62,769 bases of DNA, taken from the NCBI GenBank assembly GCA_009886465.1, contig QXZH01000044.1, positions 8,316 through 71,084 of the forward strand, in the 5' to 3' direction. This stretch comes from Opitutaceae bacterium (GTDB lineage: Bacteria; Verrucomicrobiota; Verrucomicrobiia; Opitutales; Coraliomargaritaceae). The notes under the pieces were generated by a model. The model saw only the letters and a list, made by a program, of their open reading frames with translations, had not been told where the DNA came from and ran no database searches. Positions 9,683 to 19,947 of this stretch are shown here, piece after piece (positions within the stretch are counted from its first letter, which is position 1; each line of letters begins with the position of its first letter). The translations under genes and the position numbers were made by a program.

Positions 9683-9955
9683 ATGTCACTTTTAAATATT
9701 GGTTTCGCAATTCTTATCATCAAGATTGTTATCTGTACTTTGCCAGCTGTTTTTGGCATCATCATGCTTGCGAGTTCAGAAGAGAGTAAGCGTGAATTCC
9801 GTAACAAGTTTTGCGGTGTTGTTTTCGGTGTGAATAACGCGATACCACAGAGCAAATTTGCGCTTATGATGGCAGTATTAGGTTCATTGATGCTTGCCTT
9901 TAGTCTGCTGAGTACCTGGTTCCTACTCTTGCGTCCAATGTTCCTAGTTGAATGA
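9683..9955 (+). CDS. Small hypothetical membrane protein (2 TM)
   Basis: ATG after AT-rich leader; two hydrophobic segments. Confidence 0.6.
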   Translation: MSLLNIGFAILIIKIVICTLPAVFGIIMLASSEESKREFRNKFCGVVFGVNNAIPQSKFALMMAVLGSLMLAFSLLSTWFLLLRPMFLVE

Positions 9956-10081
9956 AAATCGAACTGAAGCAATTCTCGCTTCCGTTTCAGTTCCGCTAAT
10001 TATTTAGTCGGGAGCAAATAGCTTCTTACTTCCCCCTCGGCCTTTTTTTGTAACGGATCAGCCGGGCAATTTAGTCTGCAG

Positions 10082-10690
10082 TTAGCTATCCCGCTCTGCC
10101 ACGGCCTGGCGGTAGATTTCGCGACTGATCCATGCATCGGTTGCCGCATAGCGAACTTGTTTGTTGTCAAGTTTTGGGCGTGCCCAGTTCGTGACTTGAG
10201 CTGCTTTACTGATACGTCCTTGCAGGAGGAGTCCTGCCAGCGCGCGGAGTCCGCGATTTTCGTAGCCGAGTCTCACGGTGATGTCAGCGATTTCGATGAA
10301 GCCGTTGGGGGTGAAGTCTTCCATCGCGCGGAGTTCTTTGACGTCTTCTTTAATCGCGACACCCGTTTTTAAAATGTGGGGCGACTCTAGGATGGGGAGG
10401 AGGGGATCAAAGGTCTCAGTTTCACTGATACGGAACAGGTAGACGCAGTGCTTAGTGGCTAGCTGGATGAGTGCGGGAGGGTAATAATCGCCTTTCTTAA
10501 AGCTTGGTCGGGTCTCGGTGTCAAAGCCGAGGTGACTTTCGTTTACCAGAGTTGCGGCAACGGCTTCCATCTTTTCGACGGATTCCACTATCTGGATCTC
10601 ACCCTCCCATGCGATAAGTGGTAGGTCGTTAATCTCGGCTTTGCTAATTCTGCGTTTTTCGGTAGGTGGGTTTTTGGTAGTTTCGGACAT
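10082..10690 (-). CDS. DEDDy 3'-5' exonuclease (RNase D/WRN-like)
   Basis: ExoI GFDTET, ExoII IKEDV, ExoIII YAATDA. Confidence 0.9.
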   Translation of the reverse strand: MSETTKNPPTEKRRISKAEINDLPLIAWEGEIQIVESVEKMEAVAATLVNESHLGFDTETRPSFKKGDYYPPALIQLATKHCVYLFRISETETFDPLLPILESPHILKTGVAIKEDVKELRAMEDFTPNGFIEIADITVRLGYENRGLRALAGLLLQGRISKAAQVTNWARPKLDNKQVRYAATDAWISREIYRQAVAERDS

Positions 10691-10912
10691 GAAGGAGTAT
10701 TATTTCTAAGGCTTCGATGCTTAGCGATCGAAGGCAACTTTTATGTGCTTTGGATAGGCTCCGAGACGATGGTTTGGAAATAGAGATTTTCTCACCTGAG
10801 TCATCATTCAGTTTGTGCATAATTTCTCGGGTAGACTGGTGTGAGGGTATTGCAGGGTTTCATATATGCTGAGGGCGTGTGTCTTGTATGGAATTAAAGC
10901 GTCCTTCGCTAA

Positions 10913-11572
10913 TCAAAAAAGCATCATTTGATCATCCGTTAAGGGGGAGGTCGCTTCGATCAAGCGACTGTCTTTATTCTGCACGCTGTTGACCCGGCGG
11001 GAGACGGTATGTTTTTCGAGAAGCACCCGACTAGCCAGCGATTGAACCTCTCTTGTGCCGAGCTCACCATTCAGCCAGGAAACTCTGCTTTCCTGTTTTA
11101 AGATCACAGGCATACGTTCGTGAATATTGTGGATCGAGGTAAGGGCTTTGGTTGTTAAAATGACAAAAGAGGGTGGTGATCCGTAGGCGGTTGACGGAAA
11201 CCAAAGCCCAGCGAAGTAGTGCAAAGTATCTTGTGGTGGATAGATGAAGTAGGGTTGCTTGGTGATGCCGTCTTGATACCACTCGTAGAAGCCGATGGTC
11301 GGAAGTAGGCAACGGTGTGCATACCAGCTTTCGCGGAAGCGAGGCGTGGTATCCGCGGTCTCGATACGCGCGTTGATATGGAAATTCTGTGGCGTGCGCA
11401 GCCCCCAGTGCATCATCATTGCCACAAGCTGTACTTTGTCGCGAGTAGCAATACTCAAGGTTTCACGGCCAGGGGCTATGTTATAGTTTGGCTCGTAGGC
11501 TTCGGGCAGCGCGAGTGCGATGGCTTCGGCGAGTGCCTTTTTATTGGTATGTAATGTATAGCGACCACACAT
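10913..11572 (-). CDS. SRAP family abasic-site processing protein (YedK/HMCES-like)
   Basis: N-terminal MCGRY, NARIET, GFYEW, IHERMP. Confidence 0.93.
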   Translation of the reverse strand: MCGRYTLHTNKKALAEAIALALPEAYEPNYNIAPGRETLSIATRDKVQLVAMMMHWGLRTPQNFHINARIETADTTPRFRESWYAHRCLLPTIGFYEWYQDGITKQPYFIYPPQDTLHYFAGLWFPSTAYGSPPSFVILTTKALTSIHNIHERMPVILKQESRVSWLNGELGTREVQSLASRVLLEKHTVSRRVNSVQNKDSRLIEATSPLTDDQMMLF

Positions 11573-11685
11573 TCTGAAAAAATAATGGGTAGATGAATGA
11601 AGTCTTAATCTGACTAGTCATCTCGTTGTTACAGTATTGTAGTTTAGGACTACTAATAATATGGAGAGGAATTATGGTATGTGGG

Positions 11686-12663
11686 TTATCTAGCAAGCGT
11701 CCAAATTCTCAATGAGCTCAAAAAGAAGAGCTCAAGGGCGGCCGCCTGGTTGAAGTTGATTTCCATGAGGCCTGCCGAGCGTTCTAGCGCTTCAGTCGCC
11801 CGGTGGAGGGCACTGGCAGGGAGTTCGCCCTTATTGAGTACTTCGACATCACGAGCAAATCCAGCGGTGGCCTTTTCGATCTCGCCGAAGAGTTGCTTAC
11901 GATAACCTTTGCTTAGACCGACTTCCATCGCGTCCTTCTCATCAGCTGTCACGTAGTCGGGGAGTGCTTCTTTTTGCATCTTCCAAGCTTCGGAGGTCAT
12001 AGCCTTGAGGATGGTTTGAAAGCGAGCATTTAGCCCATAGGCACCCATCATAATATGGGGGATGGTTTTTTTGTTGGGGCCTTGAAGGAGGCGACCTAGC
12101 CATTCGCGGTAGGCCACTACCCATGAGGCCCAATCTGGATGTTGAATGGTTTCGATAGGAGAAGGGATACGAAAGTTGAGGCAACGGCTTCGTATGGTGT
12201 CGAGCAGGTCGTAGGGGCGCGTTGTCAAGAGAAAGAGAGTTGTGCCTGCAGGCGGTTCTTCGAGGGTTTTCAGGAAGGCGTTGGCCGAGGCGGCATTCAT
12301 TCGGTCGGCGTCGATCACGATGCCGACTTTGCGTCCACCTTGATTGGAGCTTTTTGCAATATCGATGACCAGCTTGCGCATGGTATTATTGTCTTCGGCT
12401 TTGCCTACCTTGATCAGGCGTGCTCTGCCACTGGGGCGTAGAGTGAAGCAGTCGGCATGCTCGAATGGGTTGTGTTTAGTTTCAAGTAAATGTGCCGCGA
12501 TCGCACAAACAATTGCTTCGAGGCTTTCTAAGCTCTCGCCGTGGAGAAGTATACCGTGCCCGAGTCGATTTTGTGCAAGCGAGCGTTCGAGCACTTCGAC
12601 GGCGCGCGTGCCGCGCAGTATCTCGGGGAGTGATTCAGAGAGTGTTATGGATTTTTCGCTCAT
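11686..12663 (-). CDS. holB: DNA polymerase III subunit delta-prime
   Basis: DADRMNAASANAFLKTLEEPP, TIRSRC; ATG at 12663 preferred. Confidence 0.85.
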   Translation of the reverse strand: MSEKSITLSESLPEILRGTRAVEVLERSLAQNRLGHGILLHGESLESLEAIVCAIAAHLLETKHNPFEHADCFTLRPSGRARLIKVGKAEDNNTMRKLVIDIAKSSNQGGRKVGIVIDADRMNAASANAFLKTLEEPPAGTTLFLLTTRPYDLLDTIRSRCLNFRIPSPIETIQHPDWASWVVAYREWLGRLLQGPNKKTIPHIMMGAYGLNARFQTILKAMTSEAWKMQKEALPDYVTADEKDAMEVGLSKGYRKQLFGEIEKATAGFARDVEVLNKGELPASALHRATEALERSAGLMEINFNQAAALELFFLSSLRIWTLAR

Positions 12664-12729
12664 CAGTGATTTGCATTTTTGGGCAAAGTTTACACGGTGG
12701 GCAAGTCGCAACCTCTAACTCTTTCTCTT

Positions 12730-13383
12730 ATGCTTCGAAAAGAACGCGCCGTATACATTCAAAATCGCTTGCAAGAACTCTATCCAGAGACGCCGATCCC
12801 ATTGGATCACAAGGATCCTTACACGCTACTCATCGCGGTCCTGCTATCGGCTCAGTGCACTGATGTGCGGGTCAATCAAATCACACCCTTGCTCTTCGCT
12901 CGCGCGGATACGCCACAAGATATGGTGAAGCTTTCGGTCGAAGAAATTAAAGAAATTATCCGCCCGTGCGGACTCTCGCCCATGAAGTCGAAGGGCATAG
13001 CGGGACTTTCGCGTATTTTACTTAATGAGCATGGCGGAAAAGTGCCTGCTGATATGAAGGCGCTGGAAGCGCTCCCAGCGGTTGGTCACAAAACGGCTTC
13101 GGTTGTGATGGCTCAAGCCTTTGGCGTAGCAGCCTTTCCAGTCGATACACACATTCATCGCTTAGCTCAGCGCTGGGGGCTGACGAGTGGCAAAAACGTC
13201 ACCCAAACTGAGCGTGATTTGAAACGGCTTTTCCCGGAGTCGAGCTGGAATGAGCTACACTTACAGATTATTTTCTATGGCCGCGAACATTGCTCTGCGC
13301 ATGGTTGCGATGGCAGGGTTTGCACGATTTGCCGCACGGTTTATCCAAACCGTAAACATGCTAAGAAGACCCTAAAGTCCTGA
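12730..13383 (+). CDS. nth: Endonuclease III
   Basis: LLSAQCTD, HhH LPAVGHKTA, PVDTHIHR, C-terminal Cys cluster; ATG at 12730 preferred. Confidence 0.95.
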   Translation: MLRKERAVYIQNRLQELYPETPIPLDHKDPYTLLIAVLLSAQCTDVRVNQITPLLFARADTPQDMVKLSVEEIKEIIRPCGLSPMKSKGIAGLSRILLNEHGGKVPADMKALEALPAVGHKTASVVMAQAFGVAAFPVDTHIHRLAQRWGLTSGKNVTQTERDLKRLFPESSWNELHLQIIFYGREHCSAHGCDGRVCTICRTVYPNRKHAKKTLKS

Positions 13384-13387
13384 GCTC

Positions 13388-13765
13388 TTATTCGCCAAAC
13401 ACTGAATCGCTGCTTTCAAAGTCGAAAGCTTTTACTTGGAAGCTAGTGTTTCCGGTGAACGACTCTGTTTTGTGCGAAGGATCAGATTGGAAGGCTGAGT
13501 CTATAGTTTTGGGCTGAACTGTGAGCTTGAAATCAATCTCAAATTCGCTGCGCTTAGTTTCTTCAGTCGGCGCGCGCTGCGTATCGGCTTTGGCTAGGGC
13601 TTCCGCGGGGATCGCTAGACGACCTTTGGTGGGTTCTGCCTCAGCAGATTCGAGGATATCAAAAACGAAATAGCTACCTTGTTCGTAGGAATGCGCGAAG
13701 TTTGTGCAGGTGGCTTGAATTGCAATTAGAGCAATTATACAAAGGGATCTGCTGACGATAAACAT
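13388..13765 (-). CDS. Hypothetical protein, possibly exported
   Basis: ORF fills the gap; hydrophobic N-terminus from ATG at 13765; start uncertain. Confidence 0.5.
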   Translation of the reverse strand: MFIVSRSLCIIALIAIQATCTNFAHSYEQGSYFVFDILESAEAEPTKGRLAIPAEALAKADTQRAPTEETKRSEFEIDFKLTVQPKTIDSAFQSDPSHKTESFTGNTSFQVKAFDFESSDSVFGE

Positions 13766-13942
13766 GTTGTAATACTGGGTGAACTGGTCGCTTTGTCGAG
13801 TTCCATTCAAGCCCCAATCTGTTCTCAACAGGAAAATGCTAAGTGTTTGGCGCATCGTCAGACAGCTCGTGAAAAGAGATAGTGACGCATGACTCACTGC
13901 ATCAAGTGTCTAACTTTTTAATAGTTAATGTTTGTTGCGCGG

Positions 13943-14686
13943 TCACCTGCGATGGTTCCATGCGTCTGCGGCGAAGCGTTGTTTTTCACGCTCAATCTGA
14001 TCTCTTTTGAATAGAGGGCGAATGTCTTCAAGCTCACCTGGCTCTAAATCTAAAGTTTTGGCTAAGTTTTTGACTAGGTGTTTTTGAAAGGTAACGAAAT
14101 TGAAGGTTTCGGGTAGGCCACTGCAATCGATTGAACCTTGGATGAGGAGTCCTTGGCGGGAACGCTTCATCGCGGCCCCAGCTATTTTTTGGCCATTAGG
14201 GTGGAGCACATCGTTGGCTGCGGGGGTGACGAAGCAGTGGGTGGGGATATCCCTGGCGACGGACGATTCTTCGCAGTGGCGGGGGCAGGGGGCGAGGCGA
14301 CTATCGATACCGATCTCAGCGAGCGACTGGCTGATCGCACCATGGATTTGCGCGTAAAGGTCGGTTGCGGGGTTTTTAGTAGCAGGTACCGACCTTTGGA
14401 GAATGAGTGCGTATGTCCAGTCGTTGCGGTGATCGACGATGCCGCCGCCAGTCATACGGCGGGTAAGGGTGGTATGGGTCTGAGCTGGCTCGATAGGCGC
14501 ATGGCTTGAGGCAAGTTCAGACACAACTTTGTGGTAGTGCTGTGCGTAGCCAAATGTGAAGGCTGGCCCGAGCCATCCATAGTGGCGAAAGGCGGCTAGG
14601 CCCTCGGGCATGTTCGCAAAGAGCGTAGCGTCTATTGCCATGTTGGTCGTGGCGTCACCGAAGGCATTGGGGAGGGCGATTAACAT
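13943..14686 (-). CDS. Lipoate-protein ligase A / octanoyltransferase family
   Basis: NMAIDA, RRMTGGGIVDH, KIAGAA. Confidence 0.88.
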   Translation of the reverse strand: MLIALPNAFGDATTNMAIDATLFANMPEGLAAFRHYGWLGPAFTFGYAQHYHKVVSELASSHAPIEPAQTHTTLTRRMTGGGIVDHRNDWTYALILQRSVPATKNPATDLYAQIHGAISQSLAEIGIDSRLAPCPRHCEESSVARDIPTHCFVTPAANDVLHPNGQKIAGAAMKRSRQGLLIQGSIDCSGLPETFNFVTFQKHLVKNLAKTLDLEPGELEDIRPLFKRDQIEREKQRFAADAWNHRR

Positions 14687-14729
14687 TAATTGGTTGGCAT
14701 GCGTGCCCGTTTTCTGAGCACGCTACGCT

Positions 14730-15623
14730 TTATGCATTGAGCGGTTCGATACGGGTGAGCTCTTCGAGTTGCGCTTCGAAGTCGATGGGTTTGGTTTTGA
14801 GTTTGGAGACGATGGGGTTGAGGTTAAAGGTAAGCTTAGCGGGTCTAGAGTCGTCTTCGCGGCAGGCGGACTCGATTGCGTCTAGCGGCAGGCCAAAGTG
14901 CTTTAAGATGCGTTGTCCCATTTCGAAGCGGCTAAGGGTTTCGCTGCCCGCCCAGTGAAAGAGGCCATGGAGGTCGCGGCGCTCGGTCAGTTCTAGGAGG
15001 ACTTCGGCCGCATTGGAAGCGGAACAGGGTTGCCGCATTTCATCGCAGAAGAGCTTGGGCTTTTGGCCGGCGTGGATTGCAGCGATCAATTTCTCATGGA
15101 CGCTTCGCTGGCCGCCTGGACTGTTACCCATGAGAATAGGTATGCGGAGTACGATGGGATCTTCGGGGTTGTGCTCGAGCACCTCACGCTCGGCCATGAG
15201 TTTAGTTTGCCCGTAGAGATTAGTCGGCGCGGGCATGTCGGTTGAGCGATAGGGTTGCTCGGATTGGCCGTTAAAAACCATATCCGAGGAGACGTGAAGT
15301 AGGCGCGCGCCGAGGTGGGTGGAGAGTTGTGCGAGGAGGCGGGGCAGGGCGACATTGATTCTTTCGGCGTGCTTCGCGTCGGCTTCGACAGAGGCGGCGT
15401 TTGTAATAGCAGCACAGTTAACAATGACGTCTGGCCAGAGTTCAATCGCGATGTTGGTCAGCTCTTCGGGCTGTGATGCGTCCAGCTGGATCGTCCTGGT
15501 TAGACCATCGGCGATCGGCCTGTTTTGGTTATAAAGCGCAGTGACGGAGTGGCCGCGGCGGACGGCGGCCTGCGCATATGCATGGCCGAGGAGTCCGGAG
15601 GAGCCAGTGAGTAAAATCTTCAT
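14730..15623 (-). CDS. dTDP-4-dehydrorhamnose reductase-like extended SDR
   Basis: GSSGLLG, VNCAA, SSDMVFNG, YGQTK. Confidence 0.82.
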   Translation of the reverse strand: MKILLTGSSGLLGHAYAQAAVRRGHSVTALYNQNRPIADGLTRTIQLDASQPEELTNIAIELWPDVIVNCAAITNAASVEADAKHAERINVALPRLLAQLSTHLGARLLHVSSDMVFNGQSEQPYRSTDMPAPTNLYGQTKLMAEREVLEHNPEDPIVLRIPILMGNSPGGQRSVHEKLIAAIHAGQKPKLFCDEMRQPCSASNAAEVLLELTERRDLHGLFHWAGSETLSRFEMGQRILKHFGLPLDAIESACREDDSRPAKLTFNLNPIVSKLKTKPIDFEAQLEELTRIEPLNA

Positions 15624-15687
15624 GGTTTCTTAAGCTTTGTTTTGTTGCAATCGAGTTTAAGGGAGGCAAGTTCAAAGCTCTATAACA

Positions 15688-16797
15688 ATGAAATACGCAG
15701 AACTCGCGAATGCTGGTGTGCATGAACAGCCGATCTATGAGCCCGGAAAATCTATTGAGTATGTGGCTCAGGAGTTTGGACTAGAGCCTACCCAGATTGC
15801 TAAACTCGCCTCGAATGAAAATCCGTTCGGAGCCTCTCCGAAGGCTATGGCGGCTGCGCAGGCTTCACTGAAGAGTGCGCATCTTTATCCGGATGGCGGT
15901 TGCTGTGAACTGCGGGCGGCGATCGCTGAAGTTCGAGGTGTGGATGAGGACACCATCATAGTAGGTAATGGCTCAAACGAGATCATCGAACTGTTGGCGC
16001 ACGCGTTTTTGCGTCCTGGGCTAGAAGTGGTCATGGGTGAGCAGGCCTTTATCGTTTATAAACTAGTCACGAAGCTTTTTGGCGCGACTCCTGTTGAGGT
16101 GCCTATGCTAGATTTTGGTCATGACCTCAAAGCGATGCGTGCGGCGGTCACGGACCGTACGCGCCTCTTGTTTGTCGCTAGTCCGAACAATCCGACCGGG
16201 ATAGCAAATCCGGAAGCTGATTTAATTGAGCTGGCTGAGTCATTGCCAGAGCACGTGATTCTTTGTTTCGATGAAGCGTATGCTGAGTATCTTGAAAGCT
16301 CGCCGGATCTACGTCTACAGATTGAGACTGGGCGAAAGGTTTTTTGCCTGCGGACTTTTTCCAAGATCTACGGATTGGGTGGCTTAAGAGTCGGTTATGG
16401 CTACGGTGACTCTAAACTCATCCAGTTATTGCAGCGTGTTCGTCAGCCTTTTAATGTGAGCTCAGTGGCTCAATCGGCGGCCACAGCGGCGCTGAGTGAT
16501 CACGGATTTCTCAGTATGTGCCGCTCTGCCAATGAGGCTGGACGGAAACAACTTGTCGAGGGTTTGGAAGCACTAGGCTACGCGACGATTGGTGGTCAGG
16601 CGAACTTTGTGCTTTCCATGGTTGGCGATGGTAGGACGTTTTTTGAGGCGCTTCAGCAGCGGGGTATCATTGTGCGACCTTTAGCTCCCTATGGCATGGC
16701 AGAGTTTGTCCGGATCACCATAGGGACGGTGACCGAGAACGAGCGCCTGCTCGAAGCGACTCGTGAGATCGCGCAAAACTCGGAAGTTTCTGCTTAA
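15688..16797 (+). CDS. hisC: Histidinol-phosphate aminotransferase family (paralog 1)
   Basis: KLASNENP, GNGSNE, PNNPTG, DEAY, RTFSKIYGL. Confidence 0.88.
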   Translation: MKYAELANAGVHEQPIYEPGKSIEYVAQEFGLEPTQIAKLASNENPFGASPKAMAAAQASLKSAHLYPDGGCCELRAAIAEVRGVDEDTIIVGNGSNEIIELLAHAFLRPGLEVVMGEQAFIVYKLVTKLFGATPVEVPMLDFGHDLKAMRAAVTDRTRLLFVASPNNPTGIANPEADLIELAESLPEHVILCFDEAYAEYLESSPDLRLQIETGRKVFCLRTFSKIYGLGGLRVGYGYGDSKLIQLLQRVRQPFNVSSVAQSAATAALSDHGFLSMCRSANEAGRKQLVEGLEALGYATIGGQANFVLSMVGDGRTFFEALQQRGIIVRPLAPYGMAEFVRITIGTVTENERLLEATREIAQNSEVSA

Positions 16798-16799
16798 CA

Positions 16800-18089
16800 A
16801 TGAGTGATGCTTGGATTAGTTTTTTAATTTCATTTGCAGCGGTCGGGTTGATGCTTGTGCTGCATGCCTTTTTGGTTATGTGCGAGATCAGCCTCGTAAA
16901 GTTTCGCTATCGGAAACCTAGCGAGGAGCAAGTGGATGATTTGAAGCATCTACCTGGCGTCGCGCGATTAATCGATAACAGTGATCAGACGGGACGTGTT
17001 GTTCGCTTCAGTAAGACACTTTGTACGGTGGCGGTTGGGCTTCTGCTCATGCCACTAGTGAGTGATTTCTTTAGTCTTTTTAACCTAGAGACTGCCCCTG
17101 ATAGGTGGATCGTGGTCCTCATGTCGTTTGCCCTGGCGGTTTCCGTACATTTTTTCTTTGCTGAAATTTTTCCGCGTGGCCTGGCAATGCGCAACCCGTC
17201 CAAGGCGATTCGCCGTTCTTATCGAGTTCTGCTGGCCTTTCAGTTTCTGACCTTCCCTATCATGTTGTTTTTCCGCATGCTGAAGAAGTCGCTTTATCGC
17301 CGTATCGGTGTAGATGTCGATGATGAACTGAACCCCTTAGACGTGGATGTGCAAATACGCGCAATGGGTGAAGATAGTAGTCATCTTTCGGGAGTGATTC
17401 GTAAGATTGTGAACCGCACATTGCAGATGCAGGAGTTAGTCGTGCAGGATATTTTGCTACCTCGTAGTCAGGTGATAATTTGCGATCTAGAGTTAGATAT
17501 TAAAGAGAATTTGGAAGCAATGAAGTCCGCGGGCCATACTCGCTATCCGCTCTGCCGAGGTGATCTTGATGAGTGCCTCGGTTTGATCCATATTAAGGAT
17601 ATTTTCCGCTGGCGTGAGCCAATGTCAGAAATTGATTTGATGAAACTTAAGCGAAATGTCGCGGTTTTTCCTTTAGAAACTCCTTTAGAGCAGGCTCTTG
17701 AGCGGATGTTGCGCGCTAAGTTTCATATGGCGCTCGCTGTGGATGAGTTTGGCGGCAACGTCGGTGTGATCACTTTGGAGAGTATACTTGAAGAGCTCGT
17801 GGGCGAAATTCAGGACGAATTCGACAGCGAAGAAGAGCAGATCGTGGTGCTTGGTGATGGGCGACGTTTTCGGATCTCTGGGCTGGCTCCCATCCACGAC
17901 ATCGAGGAGGCCTTGGAGATCAAAATCGATAATGAAGAGGCCTCCACCTTTGGAGGTCTAATCACGGGCGAACTCGGTCACATCCCAGAACCGGGAGAAC
18001 GGCTCAACTGCTATGGTCTCAGTATCACTGTGGACGATGTAGACGGGCGCCGCGTGATAGTCGCAACAGTTGAGCTAGCTCAATCCTAG
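16800..18089 (+). CDS. Hemolysin/CNNM family protein (DUF21, CBS pair, CorC domain)
   Basis: N-terminal TM helices, GHTRYP, VDEFGG, EELVGEIQDEFD. Confidence 0.9.
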   Translation: MSDAWISFLISFAAVGLMLVLHAFLVMCEISLVKFRYRKPSEEQVDDLKHLPGVARLIDNSDQTGRVVRFSKTLCTVAVGLLLMPLVSDFFSLFNLETAPDRWIVVLMSFALAVSVHFFFAEIFPRGLAMRNPSKAIRRSYRVLLAFQFLTFPIMLFFRMLKKSLYRRIGVDVDDELNPLDVDVQIRAMGEDSSHLSGVIRKIVNRTLQMQELVVQDILLPRSQVIICDLELDIKENLEAMKSAGHTRYPLCRGDLDECLGLIHIKDIFRWREPMSEIDLMKLKRNVAVFPLETPLEQALERMLRAKFHMALAVDEFGGNVGVITLESILEELVGEIQDEFDSEEEQIVVLGDGRRFRISGLAPIHDIEEALEIKIDNEEASTFGGLITGELGHIPEPGERLNCYGLSITVDDVDGRRVIVATVELAQS

Positions 18090-18137
18090 TAAGCGCGGTC
18101 GGATGGCTTGGGCTCAGCTCTGTAGCCTAGGATGAGT

Positions 18138-19781
18138 CTACGAGTTTTCGCGGAGGAGCGCACTCAGTTGTAGTAACAGGTTCTGGCGATTTGGGGTAAA
18201 AATGAATCGATCACTGCCCAGTTTAGTGTAGGCTTCTGACAAGAGGACCATCTCAGGACGGCGCATCTGGAGTAGGCGCGAGAGCAAACGATTTAGGTTT
18301 TCTGTATTACCGACAGTGAGCTCCGTGCGGATTAGTTGTGAGAGAATTTTTTGATTAGTTGGAGCTTTTTCGTAGGCGATCGTCAGTACTTTGCGCGCTT
18401 GCTGGTGGCGCTCAATCTCAGTGAAGCGACGAGCCACCGCTATGTAAGTCTTCGGGTTGTTGGTTATTCCGTCGACAAATTCTTGGAGGTAAATTTCGCC
18501 TAAGTCCGGGCGATTCATACCATAGGAAGCGACGGCACGGAGACTGCTAAACAGCGGCCAATTTTGGGACAGCCAGTCAGGACGCTCCTTAATGAGTTCT
18601 TCGGAGAAGTCGATGGCGCCTTGATAGTCTTGATCGACTAGATGGGCTTCGATTAGTAAGAGCGCGAAGGGGTTGATGGCGAACTCGTTCTCAAGTGCTT
18701 CCTCGTAAGTGCGTCGAGCAAGGTCGATGTTACCAGTGTCCGCTGCGAAGTTAGCGAGGCTTTGGAGCGCTGGTCCGTCATTACGAAACTGCTGGAGCAT
18801 CCGCTGTGTTTCGCGTTGCTCGCTTTCAAAGTCCCCTGCTTGGTTGTAAATATAAAGTAGTTCCATACGCGTTGCTGCGCTGAGTGGGTTGCTCACGCTG
18901 CGCAGAATCGCGTAGCGGCGTGCTTCGTCGATTTCGCCAAGCTCTCGGTGGTAGCGACTCAGTAGCAGGAGTAAGGGTTCCGAATTGGGGAACTTTTTAA
19001 TGGAATACTCCATCAGAGTCATTGCGGCTATTTTGCTGCCTCGATCCCAGCTAATTTGAGCGGAAAGGAGAACACCCTGAAGTGTTTCTAACAAATTATA
19101 GTTGATGATATAGTCGTCTGTTAGATCATAATTGCCGCGTAGGTAGTTGGCATTGGCTGCACTAAAAGCTAACACACGATTAATGTCTGTTAGTTCTGGC
19201 TCATCAGGTAGATATTTATCCGCAAGATTTTGAATTGCCTCATCCATTTGGTAGCGGAGCAAAACGCGCAGAGTTTGTTTAAGGTAATCAACATCCTGTA
19301 TGCCCCCTAGTTCAATGCCTTCGAGTAATAGATCTGTAGCAACATCATGACGTTTAAGGGCGAACTCGTAAAATTCGGCCAGCGCAAGACGACCTTCTAG
19401 GTTTGCTGGCGCTCGGGTGACGCCTAGACGTAAGAGCCGGAGGGCGTCCCTGTAGTTACCTTCTTTCGCTTCTGCGAGGCCCCGCTCGATGTGGTAGTTG
19501 CCCATTTCCACGCGGTGAGCATCTATACCGAATGGCAGTAAGGTCAGCATCTTAGCGTAGGAGGCTTGATCGAATTCTTTATTGTATTTGAAGTGAAAAT
19601 AAAGAGCACCTGCCAGAGCAAACCAGCCTAAAACGGCCATTAAGGTGAGAGTACCGATTAAGCGACCCCATCGAACAGAAATTCCCATTTCCCCATCGAT
19701 GCCTTTGCGCTGAACAACAAAGCCCAGTAGGATAGACCTTTCGCGGGTCGTTAGCTTTGGGTTTATCTTTAGTCTACTCAT
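18138..19781 (-). CDS. Membrane-anchored TPR-like helical repeat protein
   Basis: Single N-terminal TM helix followed by TPR-like helix pairs; ATG at 19781 preferred. Confidence 0.7.
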   Translation of the reverse strand: MSRLKINPKLTTRERSILLGFVVQRKGIDGEMGISVRWGRLIGTLTLMAVLGWFALAGALYFHFKYNKEFDQASYAKMLTLLPFGIDAHRVEMGNYHIERGLAEAKEGNYRDALRLLRLGVTRAPANLEGRLALAEFYEFALKRHDVATDLLLEGIELGGIQDVDYLKQTLRVLLRYQMDEAIQNLADKYLPDEPELTDINRVLAFSAANANYLRGNYDLTDDYIINYNLLETLQGVLLSAQISWDRGSKIAAMTLMEYSIKKFPNSEPLLLLLSRYHRELGEIDEARRYAILRSVSNPLSAATRMELLYIYNQAGDFESEQRETQRMLQQFRNDGPALQSLANFAADTGNIDLARRTYEEALENEFAINPFALLLIEAHLVDQDYQGAIDFSEELIKERPDWLSQNWPLFSSLRAVASYGMNRPDLGEIYLQEFVDGITNNPKTYIAVARRFTEIERHQQARKVLTIAYEKAPTNQKILSQLIRTELTVGNTENLNRLLSRLLQMRRPEMVLLSEAYTKLGSDRFIFTPNRQNLLLQLSALLRENS

Positions 19782-19947
19782 TTTTGTTTTACAGCTCAAT
19801 TTTTACTAAATTTTTACGCGTGCAATGTCAATTCGAAATAAGTAATACTTTTTTATTGCAGTTAACAAATAGCCTATGATTGAATAGTGACTCTAGTTTA
19901 TTTAGCTCTGGAAATTCCATAATTTTACACAGTTCCCATTCAGCAAT

